Source: the human T2T-CHM13v2.0 reference genome, Homo sapiens. Taken from it: a stretch of DNA of 64,000 nucleotides. A model generated the notes under the pieces. The model had not been told where the DNA came from and made no database searches. It was given only the letters and a program-made list of their open reading frames with translations. Position numbers and translations under genes: made by a program. Location of the stretch: the NCBI RefSeq assembly GCF_009914755.1, contig NC_060930.1. The stretch is one strand, 5' to 3'. Positions 1 to 12,708 of the stretch are shown here, piece after piece (positions within the stretch are counted from its first letter, which is position 1; each line of letters starts with the position of its first letter).

Positions 1-171
1 GCCTTCTCTTCCTGTGTTGCTGAGTGTCTGGGTTTATTCGTCATGCCAGGTGGGTCTTGATCTCTTACCCCTGTGGCCACCACAGCGAGGCAGTGGGATG
101 TGTCTCCTCATGAGAAATGATCAGAGACCCCACCTCAGAGGAGAATGGGTTGCCAGGCGGATCCCCAAAGT
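1..171 (-). mobile_element. HERV-IP10 (HERV-I group) internal 5' leader with degenerate primer-binding site; provirus continues beyond the left edge
   Basis: The reverse complement directly after the LTR end reads ACTTTGGGGATCCGCCTGGCAACCCATTCTCCTCTGAGG...GACGAATAAACCCAGACACTCAGCAAC, matching the recalled HERVIP10 leader. TGGGGATCCGCCTGGCAA matches the tRNA-Pro PBS TGGGGGCTCGTCCGGGAT at 11/18. Confidence 0.75.
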
Positions 172-666
172 TGTTGGAAATAAAGCTTGGAGTCGCAAAG
201 GAAACAAGCACTTAAACGAAGAATTTCTCAGCAAGGCAAATTTACTTCTGCAGAAGGGTGCTTCTCACAGATCTGGTCACTCCGAGAGCACACCAAACAA
301 AGGAGGGAAGGGGTTTTTATTTCTAATGCAGCTTGTCCCTGCTACTGTGTCCTGCATCCATTGGCTGGAGTTGAACTGCACAATTTAAGCTAAACTCGGC
401 TGGCTAACTTGAAAAGCACAGGAATGTGGTTAGATTGGCAAGAAGGACAGTTTCATGGGGGAAGGGACATTGTGACAGGTGGGGTAATTTATAGAGTGGG
501 TAGCAGATGTGGACTCCATAGATATGGACCGATGGAAGGGTTTTTTACTGAAACCAAGACAGGGAGGCACAAAGAGCAAGAACATTTTGCCTTGAAAGTA
601 GAGAACAAAGAACAAGGAAACTAAACAAGCTAAACCTTGAAGAAGAACTTTTTCTTGTATCTGACA
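172..666 (-). mobile_element. LTR10-family LTR (LTR10A/F-like), 5' LTR of the HERV-IP10 provirus
   Basis: The minus strand begins TGTCAGATAC...GTTCTTCTTCAAGG and ends GCTTTATTTCCAACA (TG...CA termini). It has an internal CCAAT box and a TAAAAACCCC TATA-like motif, and is followed by the PBS-like sequence. Confidence 0.8.
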
Positions 667-880
667 GGAGAGAAAAGAATAAAGCAGAATGGATGGATGT
701 CCATAAACTATGAGATAACTTTAAAGGTTTTATAGACCCATAACTGAAATACTAAAAAAAGAAGAAAGATTAAAAAAGAAGCAATATTTTAAGGAATATT
801 AGGTAAAATTTTTTCAAAATTAATGACAGATAGCAAACTACAGAGCTAAGATGCTCCAAGGACACAAGCAGGTTAAAGAG
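667..880 (+). mobile_element. Old L1M ORF1 fragment
   Basis: AAAATTTTTTCAAAATTAATGACAGATAGCAAACTACAGAGCTAAGATGCTCCAAGGACACAAGCAGG resembles the conserved L1 ORF1 segment ENFPKLMKDIKPQIQEAQRTPSR. Confidence 0.6.
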
Positions 881-2739
881 AGAATTTTGGCAAATCAATT
901 ATATCTATCCATCTATCTATTAATATGTTTATATATTAATAATTTTGGCAAAATATACTTCATACAGAATGAATAAGTTATTTTTTATGGTGAACTCAGG
1001 TGGTAGGAGACATCTTAGTTCCTAAAGGGACCCACTTAATATAAAATAGTATAGTAATAGGAGTGTTTTTGTGACATTGAGGTCAAATTTGATTTAATTG
1101 TAGGACCTGTTGTTTGGTCAGTTAGTATTAAGAAAAATCTTTACAGTCACAATAGGAAAAAAACAAGTGTGCAATAAAACTTTTTAGTTTACTGCTTTTT
1201 AATTTTGTCTGTAACTTTTATCGTAATTTTATGTTATTTGAAAGCAAACAAACATGATGATATTATGTCAAATGTTATATACTTTTATGCATCTATTAAT
1301 AGTTAAAAATAGACTCTAGTTTATAATTATTTATATTTATGCTGTAAATAATTGTGTATAATTATTCAGATTTATATTATAATATCTCTTAAAACTGTTT
1401 AAATGCTAATAAAAATAAAACCAATTTAGCCTTTGTACTGTGGCACGCACTTTTTAATCTCTCTGTCATTTTAAGAACAGAAGAGAATCAGTTGCTCTCA
1501 GTGTTCACAGAAATCCCGGTAAAGTAAATCTTTACTTCTGACTTCACCCATGGGACATTTTAAAATTTCCCAGTTATTTTCATGTTTGCTAGTTACTCTG
1601 AAAGAAAATGAAGACTAATACATCTGAAACCCTTGTTGGGAGGATTATTTCTCTTCCTGTGATTTCTGGCAATCCCTGTAGACAGAACACACAGAATTAT
1701 TTCATGCTTCACGTAAAGGCCATTATCCACACCTAAATTGATATATTTTTTAAACTTCTTCATTCTGAGAAACACATTTGGGGAAACTGACATATCGAAT
1801 ATTGTCAATAATTCCTTCTACTTTAATAGCTGTGATAACATGAGAGAAAGATGAAGCTTCTTTCCTTGAGGAAATAATATTTGAGTAAACATCTATTATT
1901 TTATTTTTCTGTATTTTTCATTGTCCTGTTTTCTTTTTGGCTAAAACAAGTGCCAGCAGTAATTTTCACTAGTAGAACTAGGGACACCAAGAGGAATAAA
2001 AAAAATATGAATAGCTGCCGAAAGTGCTTCCTTAGACTCCTTTCCACCTGGAAATCTGGATCCTGAGTGTTCTGTCTCCAGGTGCCTTGTCTTGGCTCTT
2101 GTCATGAAGTATTTCTGACATGAGACCATTTGAAACCTCACATGACCAATTAAAATAGCCTCAACTGCCTCTTTAGTGAGATTTGCTCAATATACTCAGA
2201 AGAGTTAATGCTGGTAATACATTATTTTGTCATATGCAAATAGACAAGCCAGGACAGAGTGTGTGACACTGAATATTGTCTGTAAAACTGACTTGTAGCT
2301 TTTATGTGTGAATTGTTCGGGCTCTAAAAGTGACATTGATACCACAAATAGGAGATGAGTGAAATGATTATGAAAGAATATAATCAATAAGTGATGAACA
2401 GTAATTATTTATTGGACAATAAATCAATAGAAGCAGCTTGTGCACATTTTCATATTGTCACACACATAACAGATAACTAGGCATGATCAAGAGAAAGCTA
2501 AATCCTGTAGCCCCAAATAAATGACTGATTTCATAAATATTTATGTGTTCAGGATATCAACTTGGCATAAACTCCTTCTAAATTAGTTAGTAATATCCTA
2601 CGTTGTCTATTCCTGATAATTTCCTATAGTCTATTTGTGAAGGTTTAAAAATTATACTATTTATTTCATACTAAATGTAAGCATCCTGGCATCGTTGTGA
2701 ATATATCTTGTTAACTTATATGTTTCAAATTATTTACAG

Positions 2740-3275
2740 ATTCAGAAAAACAATCAGTTGTCAGCAGACCTGCATGATAAGCCATACTAGAAAAGCCCTT
2801 CCCACTGGAAGAGAATTATTCCAAGTGAAAATTCAGATTTACAGGAAGAAGAAAGGCAAAAACAATAAATACGTGTGTATATGTAAAAACTATTTTTCTC
2901 TTTTTTGATTTATTTAAATCAAGAAATTGAGTTATTTAATGAAAATATAATAAAATATGCTTTGAGATTTATAATTAACATCGATGTACAAGACAGTGAT
3001 AGAATAGAGATTGATGGGTATCAACAGAGGTACTTACTGTTTCTCATAAGTGAAATGATATGCATATGATAGGTAAAGTGATATAATATTAATTCAAATT
3101 AGATTGGGAAAAGTTCATTTATATAGTGATTCCTAGAAAACCAACTGATGGTGGGAGGCAAAGAAATATAGTAGTATGTCCATACAAAGGATAAAAAAAT
3201 ACTGAATTAGTTGAATTACTGATTTTAAAAACTTAGTCATTCAAAATAATCAGGAAAAGAGAACTTAAAATAAGT
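2740..3275 (+). mobile_element. Old L1M fragment (ORF1 3' end and inter-ORF region)
   Basis: CAGCAGACCTGCA...ATACTAGAAAAGCCC...AAAATTCAGATTTACAGGAAGAAG resembles the ORF1 end of L1MC/L1ME; A-rich strand bias. Confidence 0.5.
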
Positions 3276-3289
3276 GAGGTATGTACCAA

Positions 3290-3412
3290 ATACCATTATC
3301 CTCATTTTACAGATAAGGATACTGATACCAAGTGAAGTTAAAAAATTTGCCCAAGATTAAATAATTATTTAGTGTAAATTCTGTGATTTAGAGACCTGGC
3401 TTATCCCAATTA
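3290..3412 (-). mobile_element. MIR SINE
   Basis: ATTATCCTCATTTTACAGATAAGGATACTGA...GTTAAAAAATTTGCCCAAGATT is the reverse-complement MIR core. Confidence 0.75.
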
Positions 3413-3659
3413 TGCTTTATCCTTAAACAATACTGAATAAACATTTTAATTACAATTGTAACTGAAGAAAAATACAGGCTTTGACTGGATATGATTTGAG
3501 TATAAATATTTCCGCTGAAAATAAAACTTTTATATAAAATGTGAAATAAAGTTGATTTAGGTAAACTTTTATTCTACTTTCCTTTTATTGCTGCCTTTTC
3601 TTTCTGCTTCTTAATTTTAATTCAAAAAGCAGTCATTTAAACAGTATAATAAAGTCACA

Positions 3660-4265
3660 TAACTATATGCCAATAGAAGAGAAAAAAATAACAAAAATTT
3701 TAAAATCATGCAAACCAAAAGTAATAGAAAATACAAGAAAACAAGGAATACAGGAAACAAGTAAAAAATATATAATAGGAGTATAAATAGATCTAATCAT
3801 ATTAATAGTTACATTAAATGTAAATTTACTCCCAATTCAAAATTAGATGGCAAGATTGTCAGAGTAGATTAAAATATGCAATACCCAACTCTGTGATATC
3901 GTCAACAGCTCCATTTTAAATATAAAGACACTGATACTTTAAAAGTAAAAGGATAGGGAAAATGTATGTAATAGAAACACTAGTTATAAAAAAGAAAATG
4001 TGACTACATTTATATTAGAAAAACCATATTTAAAGACAAATGGTATACTAGAGATAAAGAGGGTCATTTCACAGTTATTAAAGTGCCACTTTTTCCAAAA
4101 GACACAGTAATCATATAAGAAGATATGCTTAATAGAACTTTCAAACATAAAATAAAAACGGACAAAGTACAGGACTGAATAAACAAAATTTATAATTATC
4201 ATTCAAGATTTTATCTTTCCATTTTAGGAATGAATAGTATAAGAGTAGACAAAATGTAAAGAACA
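3660..4265 (+). mobile_element. Old L1M ORF2 endonuclease-domain remnant (non-coding)
   Basis: Broken translation VTLNVN...RLSE*IK...HFKYKDTDTLKVKG* compared with the L1 EN start ITLNVNGLNSPIKRQRLSEWIKKQDPTICCLQETHFKYKDT-RLKVKGW. Confidence 0.8.
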
Positions 4266-6382
4266 TCTTTTTTTCAGACATGACAGAATAATTATTATGC
4301 TAGGTTTCCTACTAGCAGCAACTACAAAAATAGCAAAATATATGAGGCACAGTTTTTAGTCATGGGAAACCGACATTTTAAGATGGCAATTGCTAAAAGA
4401 AAGTAAATTCATAAGATGAACCCTACGATTACCTCAGTCAATGGCCTGTGAACAATTTCCCACAGCAAAACTTTGCCCTTCTGTTGAGCTAAGGAGGCAT
4501 GGATCAGAATTCGTGGCTGCTGAAGCATTTGGAATTTGGGAGATAGGGCACTTAGAAAAAAGAAGAATGAGACACAGCAAAGCAGTATGGGGGTTTCCCT
4601 CAATTCTTAGTTGAGGGGTAGGCTGTGTAAGTGCAGAGCAAAACAATATAATGTTAATAAAAGCGGCTACTGTGAGGTTGTGAGCAGACAAGCAATACCA
4701 GAGGCCACACATTATGAAACGTTTGTTCTAGCAGGTAGTTACTACTCAAGATAGATCTCTTTGAATTGCTTATCTTACTTTTCCGGTAGAGCTTGTCCAC
4801 ATTTCTTAGAGCAAATAATCAGAGATGGAAAATGACTTAGTTTCATTGCTGGCTTTTTAAAAAAAATAACAAAGGTCATAACTTCCTTGGGAATAAAATC
4901 AATTAAAGACACAGATGGCTTCTTCTAAAACTCGGTGTTTCTTGCAATCATCAGAGACAGTTGTCTTTTCAATGCGCACAGATTGCTCAGGAAGCAAACA
5001 ACCTCTTTGCAGATTGCTATAGAAACACAATTAAATAAGGTTCTAGAGACACTTAAGATCTCCATCTACTAGGGCTTTTGAGATTAATTCCTCTGAAAAA
5101 CTTTCCATCTATGCTTTGATTAGGTTTCTGTTACCACTAAAATGTAAGAGTCCCTTGACCTTCATAATCTCATACACTCATTACCACATAGACTTGGCTT
5201 CTTCTCTGTGGCCCACATTTCCCCACTTCACGTCTAAGAAAATGAGCACACAGACTAAATTCCTGTCTTAACCATCTGTAAAGCTTATTCTCTGATAGAT
5301 AAATATTGTTATGTGTAGTTGATCTCATTACTGCATACTTACTCCATCTATTATTCCCAGTTAAATCTCCTTTCCTTTTGGCATATTCTTTACTCTGTGC
5401 CTTCTCAGGACTGCCTTTCACCTACATCCCATGTACCTCAGTATCAATACGTGAGTTCAGTCATACTCACTTTACAATACCACTCCATATAATCCTAATA
5501 CTCTTTCTTTATATATGTAATACTCTCTTTATAATCGTAATACTCTACATATATATAGTCTCTCTCTATATATAGTCATCTAGTCATTATTGCTCCCTAT
5601 CCAGCTTCAGACCTTTATTTACAATATGGTAGGCTGTAAATTCATTTACATATATTTATTTAAGTTATCAAATATTTGTTTATTGTAATTTATTGAAAAT
5701 ATTGACACTGAACTCTTTCACACTAAGTCCTCCTATTATGATCAAGAATTTAAAATTGTAATGTGGATGAGCTAAGTAATAACTCAGCATCTCTCTTTAT
5801 TTACTCATGTTAGCCAGCCATCCGATTTCCATAGACATGTCTTGGAATTTATAGTTGGCTGTGTGTCGTAACTGTTTAACAGCCAATTCTCAGAAAACAA
5901 ACAAAAAAATTCTGATTTGTAGATTTACATGTAATAGATTCTTGCATTGAACATAAGTTGGAAGGAGATATGCTTAATCTGCTCCAGCACCCCACTGTTT
6001 ATAGCCCAGAACTTACATACTTTAAAATTTTCAGATAACAACTCATTACATTTTACTTGCTGCCAACTTCGTCATTTGCAATTACACAACTTTCTTTATA
6101 TATCTAATGTAGACTTCAAAATAAATCACCAGAACTTTTTCCTTACTGAAGTCACTACTTCCTTGGCCCATTATTCTGTGTTTCAAAGCCTGGCAAAATT
6201 CTAACATTAGATCAGTCTATCTGCCTGTCTTTTCCGTATCTGTTTTAAGCTACTAAACAAAAATGGAAAATATCTTATAACTTTAGATTTTATGTCTTTA
6301 ATTGGTATCAAGTTATCTGATCCCAGTTTGGCCCTCAATATTTACCAGTTTTCTGTTTCCCTATACAATTAAGAATCTGTTC

Positions 6383-6546
6383 TTATTTTTAGAGAAAGGG
6401 TCTCATTATGCTGCTCAGGCTGGAATGTGGTACCTATTAACAAGTGCAATCGTAGCACACTACAGCCTCAAACTCATGAGCTCAAGCAGTCCTCCTGCCT
6501 CGGCCTAACGAGTGCTGGGACTACAGGTGCACACCACAGTGCCTGG
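6383..6546 (-). mobile_element. FAM (fossil Alu monomer)
   Basis: Single monomer. The reverse complement contains GAGGCTGTAGTGTGCTACGATTGCACTTGTTAATAGGTACCACATTCCAGCC, retaining the FAM-diagnostic GCGCCTGTGAATAGCCACTGCAC segment that FLAM/FRAM lack. Confidence 0.8.
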
Positions 6547-6649
6547 TTTTAGAATGTCTTTCGGTCTACTTTACCTAAATTTCAAAATCTACTGTCATCA
6601 TTCTCAGGTTTTGACAACCATCACAGAAATTTTTCTTCATACAATCAGT

Positions 6650-7650
6650 CAATGTAATCCCACCACTCTGGATCTCTTCATCCCTAGCTGTCTTAGAAAC
6701 ATAAATCTTACAATTTCTCCCTTTTTGGCCAGTATTTTCACTCCCTCTGTGTGATCTTTTAATCTAGCATTAATATGTTTCAGTATCTCCTTTAAAAAAT
6801 TTGAATCCTGTGTTTCATAGGAATTCTTCCTGTAGCTGCTTGTCAGAGAACTTACACTGTCTCTTCTTTCTGATGTAGCATTTCTACCTCAATACGTCGA
6901 ACTTGACCATGACCTGTATCACCCCAAAAAAACTGGAGGGATTGTCATGCTAAAATCACTAGTAGACTGGGTTTTAGCATGTGCTTTAAACAGCAGATGG
7001 TATCATTGATCATTCTACACTGCTTATAATTCTCTTTTCTTTGTTTTCTATTTCTTGATCCTTCACTGTCTTCCTCTTAGATGACTGCTTTTTGTTTTCC
7101 TCAAGAATGATCTTGTTTTCCTTCTCATTCATATCATTATTATTTTATTTATTCCTATGTACCCAATTAACATCAGAGTCTTTCAAATCTATATTTGTAT
7201 AATAAGTTCCATAACCCGGATGATTATACATTTATGTGCCACAGACATGAAATTCAAAGTTAACATGTCTAAAGCTGAGCATATATTGTCTCCTCAAATA
7301 TGCCTCTTCTCCCATGATCCCTTTTTGTGAGTGACTCCACCTCTACATGTTTACCTAACTAGAAATTTGGTCAACACTCTTGAAACCATGTTTCTTTCCA
7401 ATAATTTAATCACAAATTTATTTTTGAATATTCTACTTTTTTTATCTATAAACTTCTTTTCCTCCCCACTGTATATCTCTTCTTTTAGAAACTCATCATT
7501 TTACTCAAGTTATTTTGACAATATCCTTCCATCTGCAGTCTTACATACAGCAAATTTACACCATGGCCATAGTAAATATTGTAAAATGCACAACTAGTAG
7601 TATAATTTTCAAATTAAAATACTTCAATAGCTCAGTATTTTATTGAGGAT
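6650..7650 (+). mobile_element. L2 LINE fragment (3' part of ORF2)
   Basis: TTCAAAGTTAACATGTCTAAAGCTGAGCATATATTGTCTCCTCAAA...CTAGAAATTTGGTCAACACTCTTGA matches the L2 motif CTCAAACTCAACATGTCCAAAACTGAACTC...CCAGAAACCTGGGAGTCATCCTTGA; pyrimidine-rich strand. Confidence 0.7.
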
Positions 7651-8199
7651 GGGTAAATTACAAAAAAGAAAAAATAAACATCTCTTATACTGACTTTTTT
7701 ATTTGTGAGAGAAGTCTTTATAGATTCTTTAAAATAAATTTTGTTAAATGCTATAGTGATAAAGAAAATTAAGATGCTATATTAATTAAGTTAGCTGCTA
7801 TAAGAAATAAGTCTCAAAATTTGAGTAGCTTATACATAAAATTTTCTCTATCATTAATTCTAAAATATGTGTTTCTAATGGGTGGTAGAAAGTGTATTTC
7901 TAAACATTCAAAGATCCAGGAGACTTCATCATCTTCACTACATGATTTCTGAGTCACTCTAGAGTCAACATCCAATGTCAGATGGAAGAAGATAGTGGAG
8001 GATGGTGTGCTGGCCAATTCTGCAAACAAAACATATTACTTTATTTATTTAGGTCTGAGTCCATTTGAGAAATTCTAGAAAATAAGGTCAATGCCCATCA
8101 CGAAGATAAGGAATAGTTTATCAAGTAGTAGCCTCTCTTTATGGTGTATAAGAAACAGCAAGATGGCACACTCAACCTATATTTTCTTATGCTTGCCAC

Positions 8200-8552
8200 T
8201 ATTGTTGAGAATGTTACCTAACTATTATCTCTCTCAATGTGCATGCCCATTTTTTCTAATTATTATTAGTGAACCATAACCCAAAGCTCCCTGGAATTTT
8301 TCTTATATCTTTCCCTTCCTCTTTTTTGTTAGATAGTTATGTGATGGCTCAGTCTGTCTGAGCCATCTTACAACTCTGAAGTTGATGCTGAAAGAATCAC
8401 AGGTGTGTTGTTTCTGATACCATTGCACTGTCAAACCAGTAAGCTTCTACCTGTAGACCTGTCATCCTAATAAATCCTGAAGAGTCCCATTTCTTTAAGA
8501 CAGTCTAGTCAGATGCTTAATAACTTGCAGCTAAAACATCCCTAATAGATAA
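8200..8552 (+). mobile_element. Old MLT1 (MaLR) LTR fragment
   Basis: The 3' end TTTAAGACAGTCTAGTCAGATGCTTAATAACTTGCAGCTAAAACATCCCTAATAGATA resembles the MLT1H/J/K terminus. Confidence 0.5.
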
Positions 8553-10359
8553 ATCTAGCAACTAGCATCATGTAATTTAATATTTGTTTTGCTCATAAGC
8601 TCTATTATTTTGCCTCTTAATGCTCTACATACATTCTCTATTCAGATTTCAGAGGGAAAAGGGGATGCATAAAATAAATGTATTGCCTCATATGTTAATG
8701 CGCTTGCTACAAAATACAAGAAGTGTGGAACTAAGCCATACCTATCAAATTTATGGTTTAAAAAAATTGTAATCTCTAAAATTTGATATTATTAAGTTAG
8801 AAATTTAATGAATAAACTTGAAGAAAGTCATGTCTCAAATGTAAAAGAACATTTTTTTCTTCAAAGATTTCCTGTCCTTTTAAAATATTTATTTGTAAGA
8901 AATATTTTATATTTGTTGAATTTTAAAAATTTATTCTCTTCCAGTGGTTGATGCACTGTTACCTATTTATTGATAGAGGGAAATATGTATATATTTAAAT
9001 TATATATAATATATATAATTATTACATATAAAGATAAAATATATATTTATATATATATCTTTAATTACATTCAGACAGGTAATGTGTTGTTATACAAAGT
9101 TAAGAAAGCACAAAATAAAGTGCAGAATAAGTTTCCATTGTATCCTTTTAACTCTTTTACTCAAGCCATCTAATTCTTTTTCTCCAAAGCAAGCACTAAT
9201 ACCTGTTATCCGTATTTTCTTCTTGAGCCTACACAAATGCCAGGCATCTATACAGATTGCAAATGTATGATTATTCAGACACTTTGGCAATTTTGTGTTT
9301 TCATCTGCATTACCATTTGTAGACATTGGAGAATGTGTCAAGTTATTGTTTAAAAAAGAATTTTCAAGCTTAGTCAGGCATTTATGTTTGCAAGTATGGA
9401 AATATGTAATATGTTAACAAATAAATAAACTGGAAAGCACATATTCTTTGGTTTTATTGTAGCTGATGATCGTAGAATGAAAACATCAAAGATACTTCAT
9501 TCTGGTCTCATTGTTTATTTTTAGACATAGTAAATCACCATTGTGGATCTCATAATTAAACATGATACATAATTCTGATATGTTTATTTAAAAGGAAGAA
9601 TAGCTTTAGGTATCTATACTTGATATCTATACTTGAACTGTAATTGGTAACAGAGAATATAATTTCATAATTCAGCTGGGATGAGAAAGGTGGAATTCTG
9701 TAGCAGCTTGCTGTTTGTGATGTAGAGATCTAATGGACTCAAATAGCCTTCAAGCAACCCCTGTTATCTTAGCCACCAATCCTTTATTGCTAATTTCAAA
9801 GACACCTGTTCCTCATCCTCTTTAGGGATCTTTAGTTGAAATCATGTATTTTCTCATCTTTGTCCACTCTAGTTTAGGTTTCAGTTACCTCAGAGCTGCT
9901 TTCATTTATCTCTTTCCAACTGATAAACTTTTGTAGCTGTTGTCATGTATCTCCTATAATCTCTATTATTGTAGTTTTAAGTTTTAAAAATAGTATTCTT
10001 ACAATAGCTAGAATAAAATTTCATAAGGACAAAAAAAAGTAAGTCTTTATTTTGTTAACCTGGAACTCCAAATTAGGTTTTTCAGATAATTTCTGATTTC
10101 TAGTATTTAGGGTGATATATGGTAGTATAGGGTAGTACATGACCTCTATTTTTACAATAGTCACCTCAAAATTCAAAACACATATACTAACATTATGGGA
10201 ACAACATAAAATTGTGGGTGGCCTTTTTTTTGTCAAAGAGTAGCTCAACTGAAAGCAAATTCTTGATAATTCATTAACTTATGAGACTTTTTTGATTCTT
10301 CACAACTGATGAGCTTTGATGGATTTCGTGAAGGGAAAAATACTATATACTTTAAACCT

Positions 10360-10500
10360 AATGCCATGAAATCATATCTCTATGAACTAAAACTTAGAGC
10401 CTTTTCAAGTGGACTTGTAAAAATCAAAGAGAAAAATGCAAAGTTTCCCAACTACATAATGTTTAATAAAGCATGTGATAAAATAATTCATTCAAAATCT
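10360..10500 (+). mobile_element. Probable L3/CR1 LINE reverse-transcriptase remnant
   Basis: ORF 10309-10521 contains LRAFSSGLVKIKEKNAKFPNYIMFNKACDKIIH, which aligns by eye to CR1 RT LISFFDRVTRLVDQGNAVDIVYLDFSKAFDKVSH. Confidence 0.5.
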
Positions 10501-11360
10501 AGCAGAAGGATCTGCTTTTAAATGTAAGAAAAGGCCACTTTTAGAATAATTTGAAAATGAGTAAATCCATAATGTGGCTTGTTTGGTAGAGTTTTAGGAA
10601 TGTATGAGTGAGTAAAAGCATTTGGAATTCAAAATCCTGCAAGTCATTATTATGGATTCTGCTTTTGGCCTAGCTAGTACTCTGTACTCTATATTAAAGT
10701 TACTTGGGAAAGGCAACTATGCAAATTATCCTATTTAATTTATCTCCAGGCAGAAATCTGCAGAAACTTGGAAACCCTGAAGAAAATTGTTGAAGGTTAC
10801 TCTTGCTCAGATGACCTCAAAATTGAAACATAGATTTGTGATGCTTTTTTTGTTGACATGGACAGCAAATAAATGCGGCAGACCTTGCCAAAAATGACCT
10901 CACTGACTTAAGGACAAAGGGAATGAGGCTTCATGAATTTTACTCAACAAGTCTTAGAGAAGTCTGTTGTTCTTTGACACAAACTTACCCTTATTTATCA
11001 CACTGAGATATGTGAGTTTTGATTCTTTTTCTTATACTTTTCTTATTGAGCGTTTCAGCACTTATTGCCATAAAAATGGCAAGTGAAAAACTGGAAATCA
11101 GAGATAGCCTTTGCTTTACAAAAGACCTCTCAGTAATTTAAAATTACTTTTCAAGACAATCAAACATATTTTAATTGAATATGTAAGTAGAAATAGATAT
11201 GACTTTTTGATTGATGCTCACAATTCCCTTTTACCTAGAAGTGGAAGGCAGTTAATAGGCTGCTTCAACATCCTTAAAATCTTCTAGGACTGTTCCCTGT
11301 AACACTTAGCCTTAAAGTTGGTAATTCATAAGATTGCTTTCTTGAAATTGTCTCAAGTGG

Positions 11361-11441
11361 AATTTTGATACTTTTTCAAATTTTGATACTTTTTCACTCA
11401 TGTTACTGATACAGTAACTGATACAGTAACATGAGTGAAAA
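11361..11441. repeat. Compound direct and inverted repeat (18-bp tandem, 12-bp tandem, 18-bp perfect inverted arms)
   Basis: AATTTTGATACTTTTTCA x2 (11361-11396); TTTTCACTCATGTTACTG (11391-11408) and its reverse complement CAGTAACATGAGTGAAAA (11424-11441); CTGATACAGTAA x2 (11406-11429). Confidence 0.95.
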
Positions 11442-12708
11442 GATCACTTTCCTCTTTATTTTCCTAAGCAATGTTTTTCTGAAAACATTGTTCCTTCATG
11501 GTTTAAATTTAAAAATAAATAACTAAACACATAAAAATAAATAAGCAAGTCCTTGTTACTCAAGCTTTATATAATTTGCCTATTTTGTCCTATAGCCGCA
11601 TTCATTTTTGCACTTAGCAACATTCTGGTCAATCTCCATCATTCCTCAGTAACTTGGCAATTCCTTCACAGTCCAGATTTTGACAAAATTTTATCTTTGT
11701 GAGTGATCCATTCAAAATCCTGGCCTCTTGCTTTCTTGACCAACTCTTCCAATGCTCTGCCTTTCCATTTTTTTCAACCCTTTTTCCTTGGCCATATAAT
11801 GACCTTTATTATTAATGTAAACTCTCCTGCCTTTGAATTACAAGTTCATAAATCCCAGTTACCATTTCCAAATTTTCAGCTTTCTTATTTTGTAACACTT
11901 GCAATACGTGTAATACAATTTTGTTGAATTGAATTACATTAAAATAAAAACTCAAGTGGCATAAGCATACTTCATTATAAAATATAGTATAAAATAGTTT
12001 AGTTAAAAAATTAATTTACAAAACAAAAATCAAAATAGATTAAAATTTTATATGAATTCCATGTAATATTCAAATGATTCTGAGATGTACTCTATTAAAA
12101 TTACAGTCATTATGTGCATTATGTGTGTATACCTGTGTATGTATATACATATATTTGTACATATACCTACAGATAAACACAAACACATATGCCACTATTT
12201 ATAAATATGTTGATAATTCCTTCAATTGAAAGTATGAAGGATATAAAATATTTATGCAAGGTATTCTTTCTTCCAAATTTTTAATGACCAAGAAAGCAGG
12301 AGAGATTGTTTCTATTTTCCTATATCCAACACATCTGTATCCAGAAAATACTCTATGCATGGCATGTGCTCAATAGTAGAATTCCTAAATTTAAATATTT
12401 CTTTCTAGGTCCTACTTAGGTTTTGGAATGCAATATAATAAGCTATATAAAGAAAAAGAGAAGTTTAGTGAATATATAATTATTTGAAGCAAAAAAAAAA
12501 AAAGCCCACCCAGAAATAACACTTGACAGCAAACAAGCAAAAATAATGTTTACCAGAGACAGTGAAAATAAAGGCAACATCAGAAAGAGGAGAAAATATG
12601 AAATTGTCATAGTTAAAGTTGAAGAGAAAAATCAAATCTTAATAAATTTCATGAAAGATATATTTGTGTGCCAGAAAAACATACATGCAAACCAATGCTC
12701 ATATAAAG

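Noticed and set aside
623-642. p53 site in the LTR10 copy (AAACAAGCTA AACCTTGAAG)
   Set aside because: Five mismatches to the RRRCWWGYYY pair; too weak.
4270-4720. GC-richer segment as a promoter or exon
   Set aside because: It directly follows L1 sequence and resembles an old L1 5' region; no CpG island. Identity too uncertain to list as a feature.
9611-9636. Short tandem duplications (TATCTATACTTGA x2; similar near 16205, 27618, 30982, 60347 and 61122)
   Set aside because: Ordinary slippage duplications in AT-rich DNA with no shared motif or periodicity.
10734-10833. Possible exon after TTTATCTCCAG (AEICRNLETLKKIVEGYSCSDDLKIET*)
   Set aside because: No recognisable protein, no convincing donor, and a frame this short is expected by chance.
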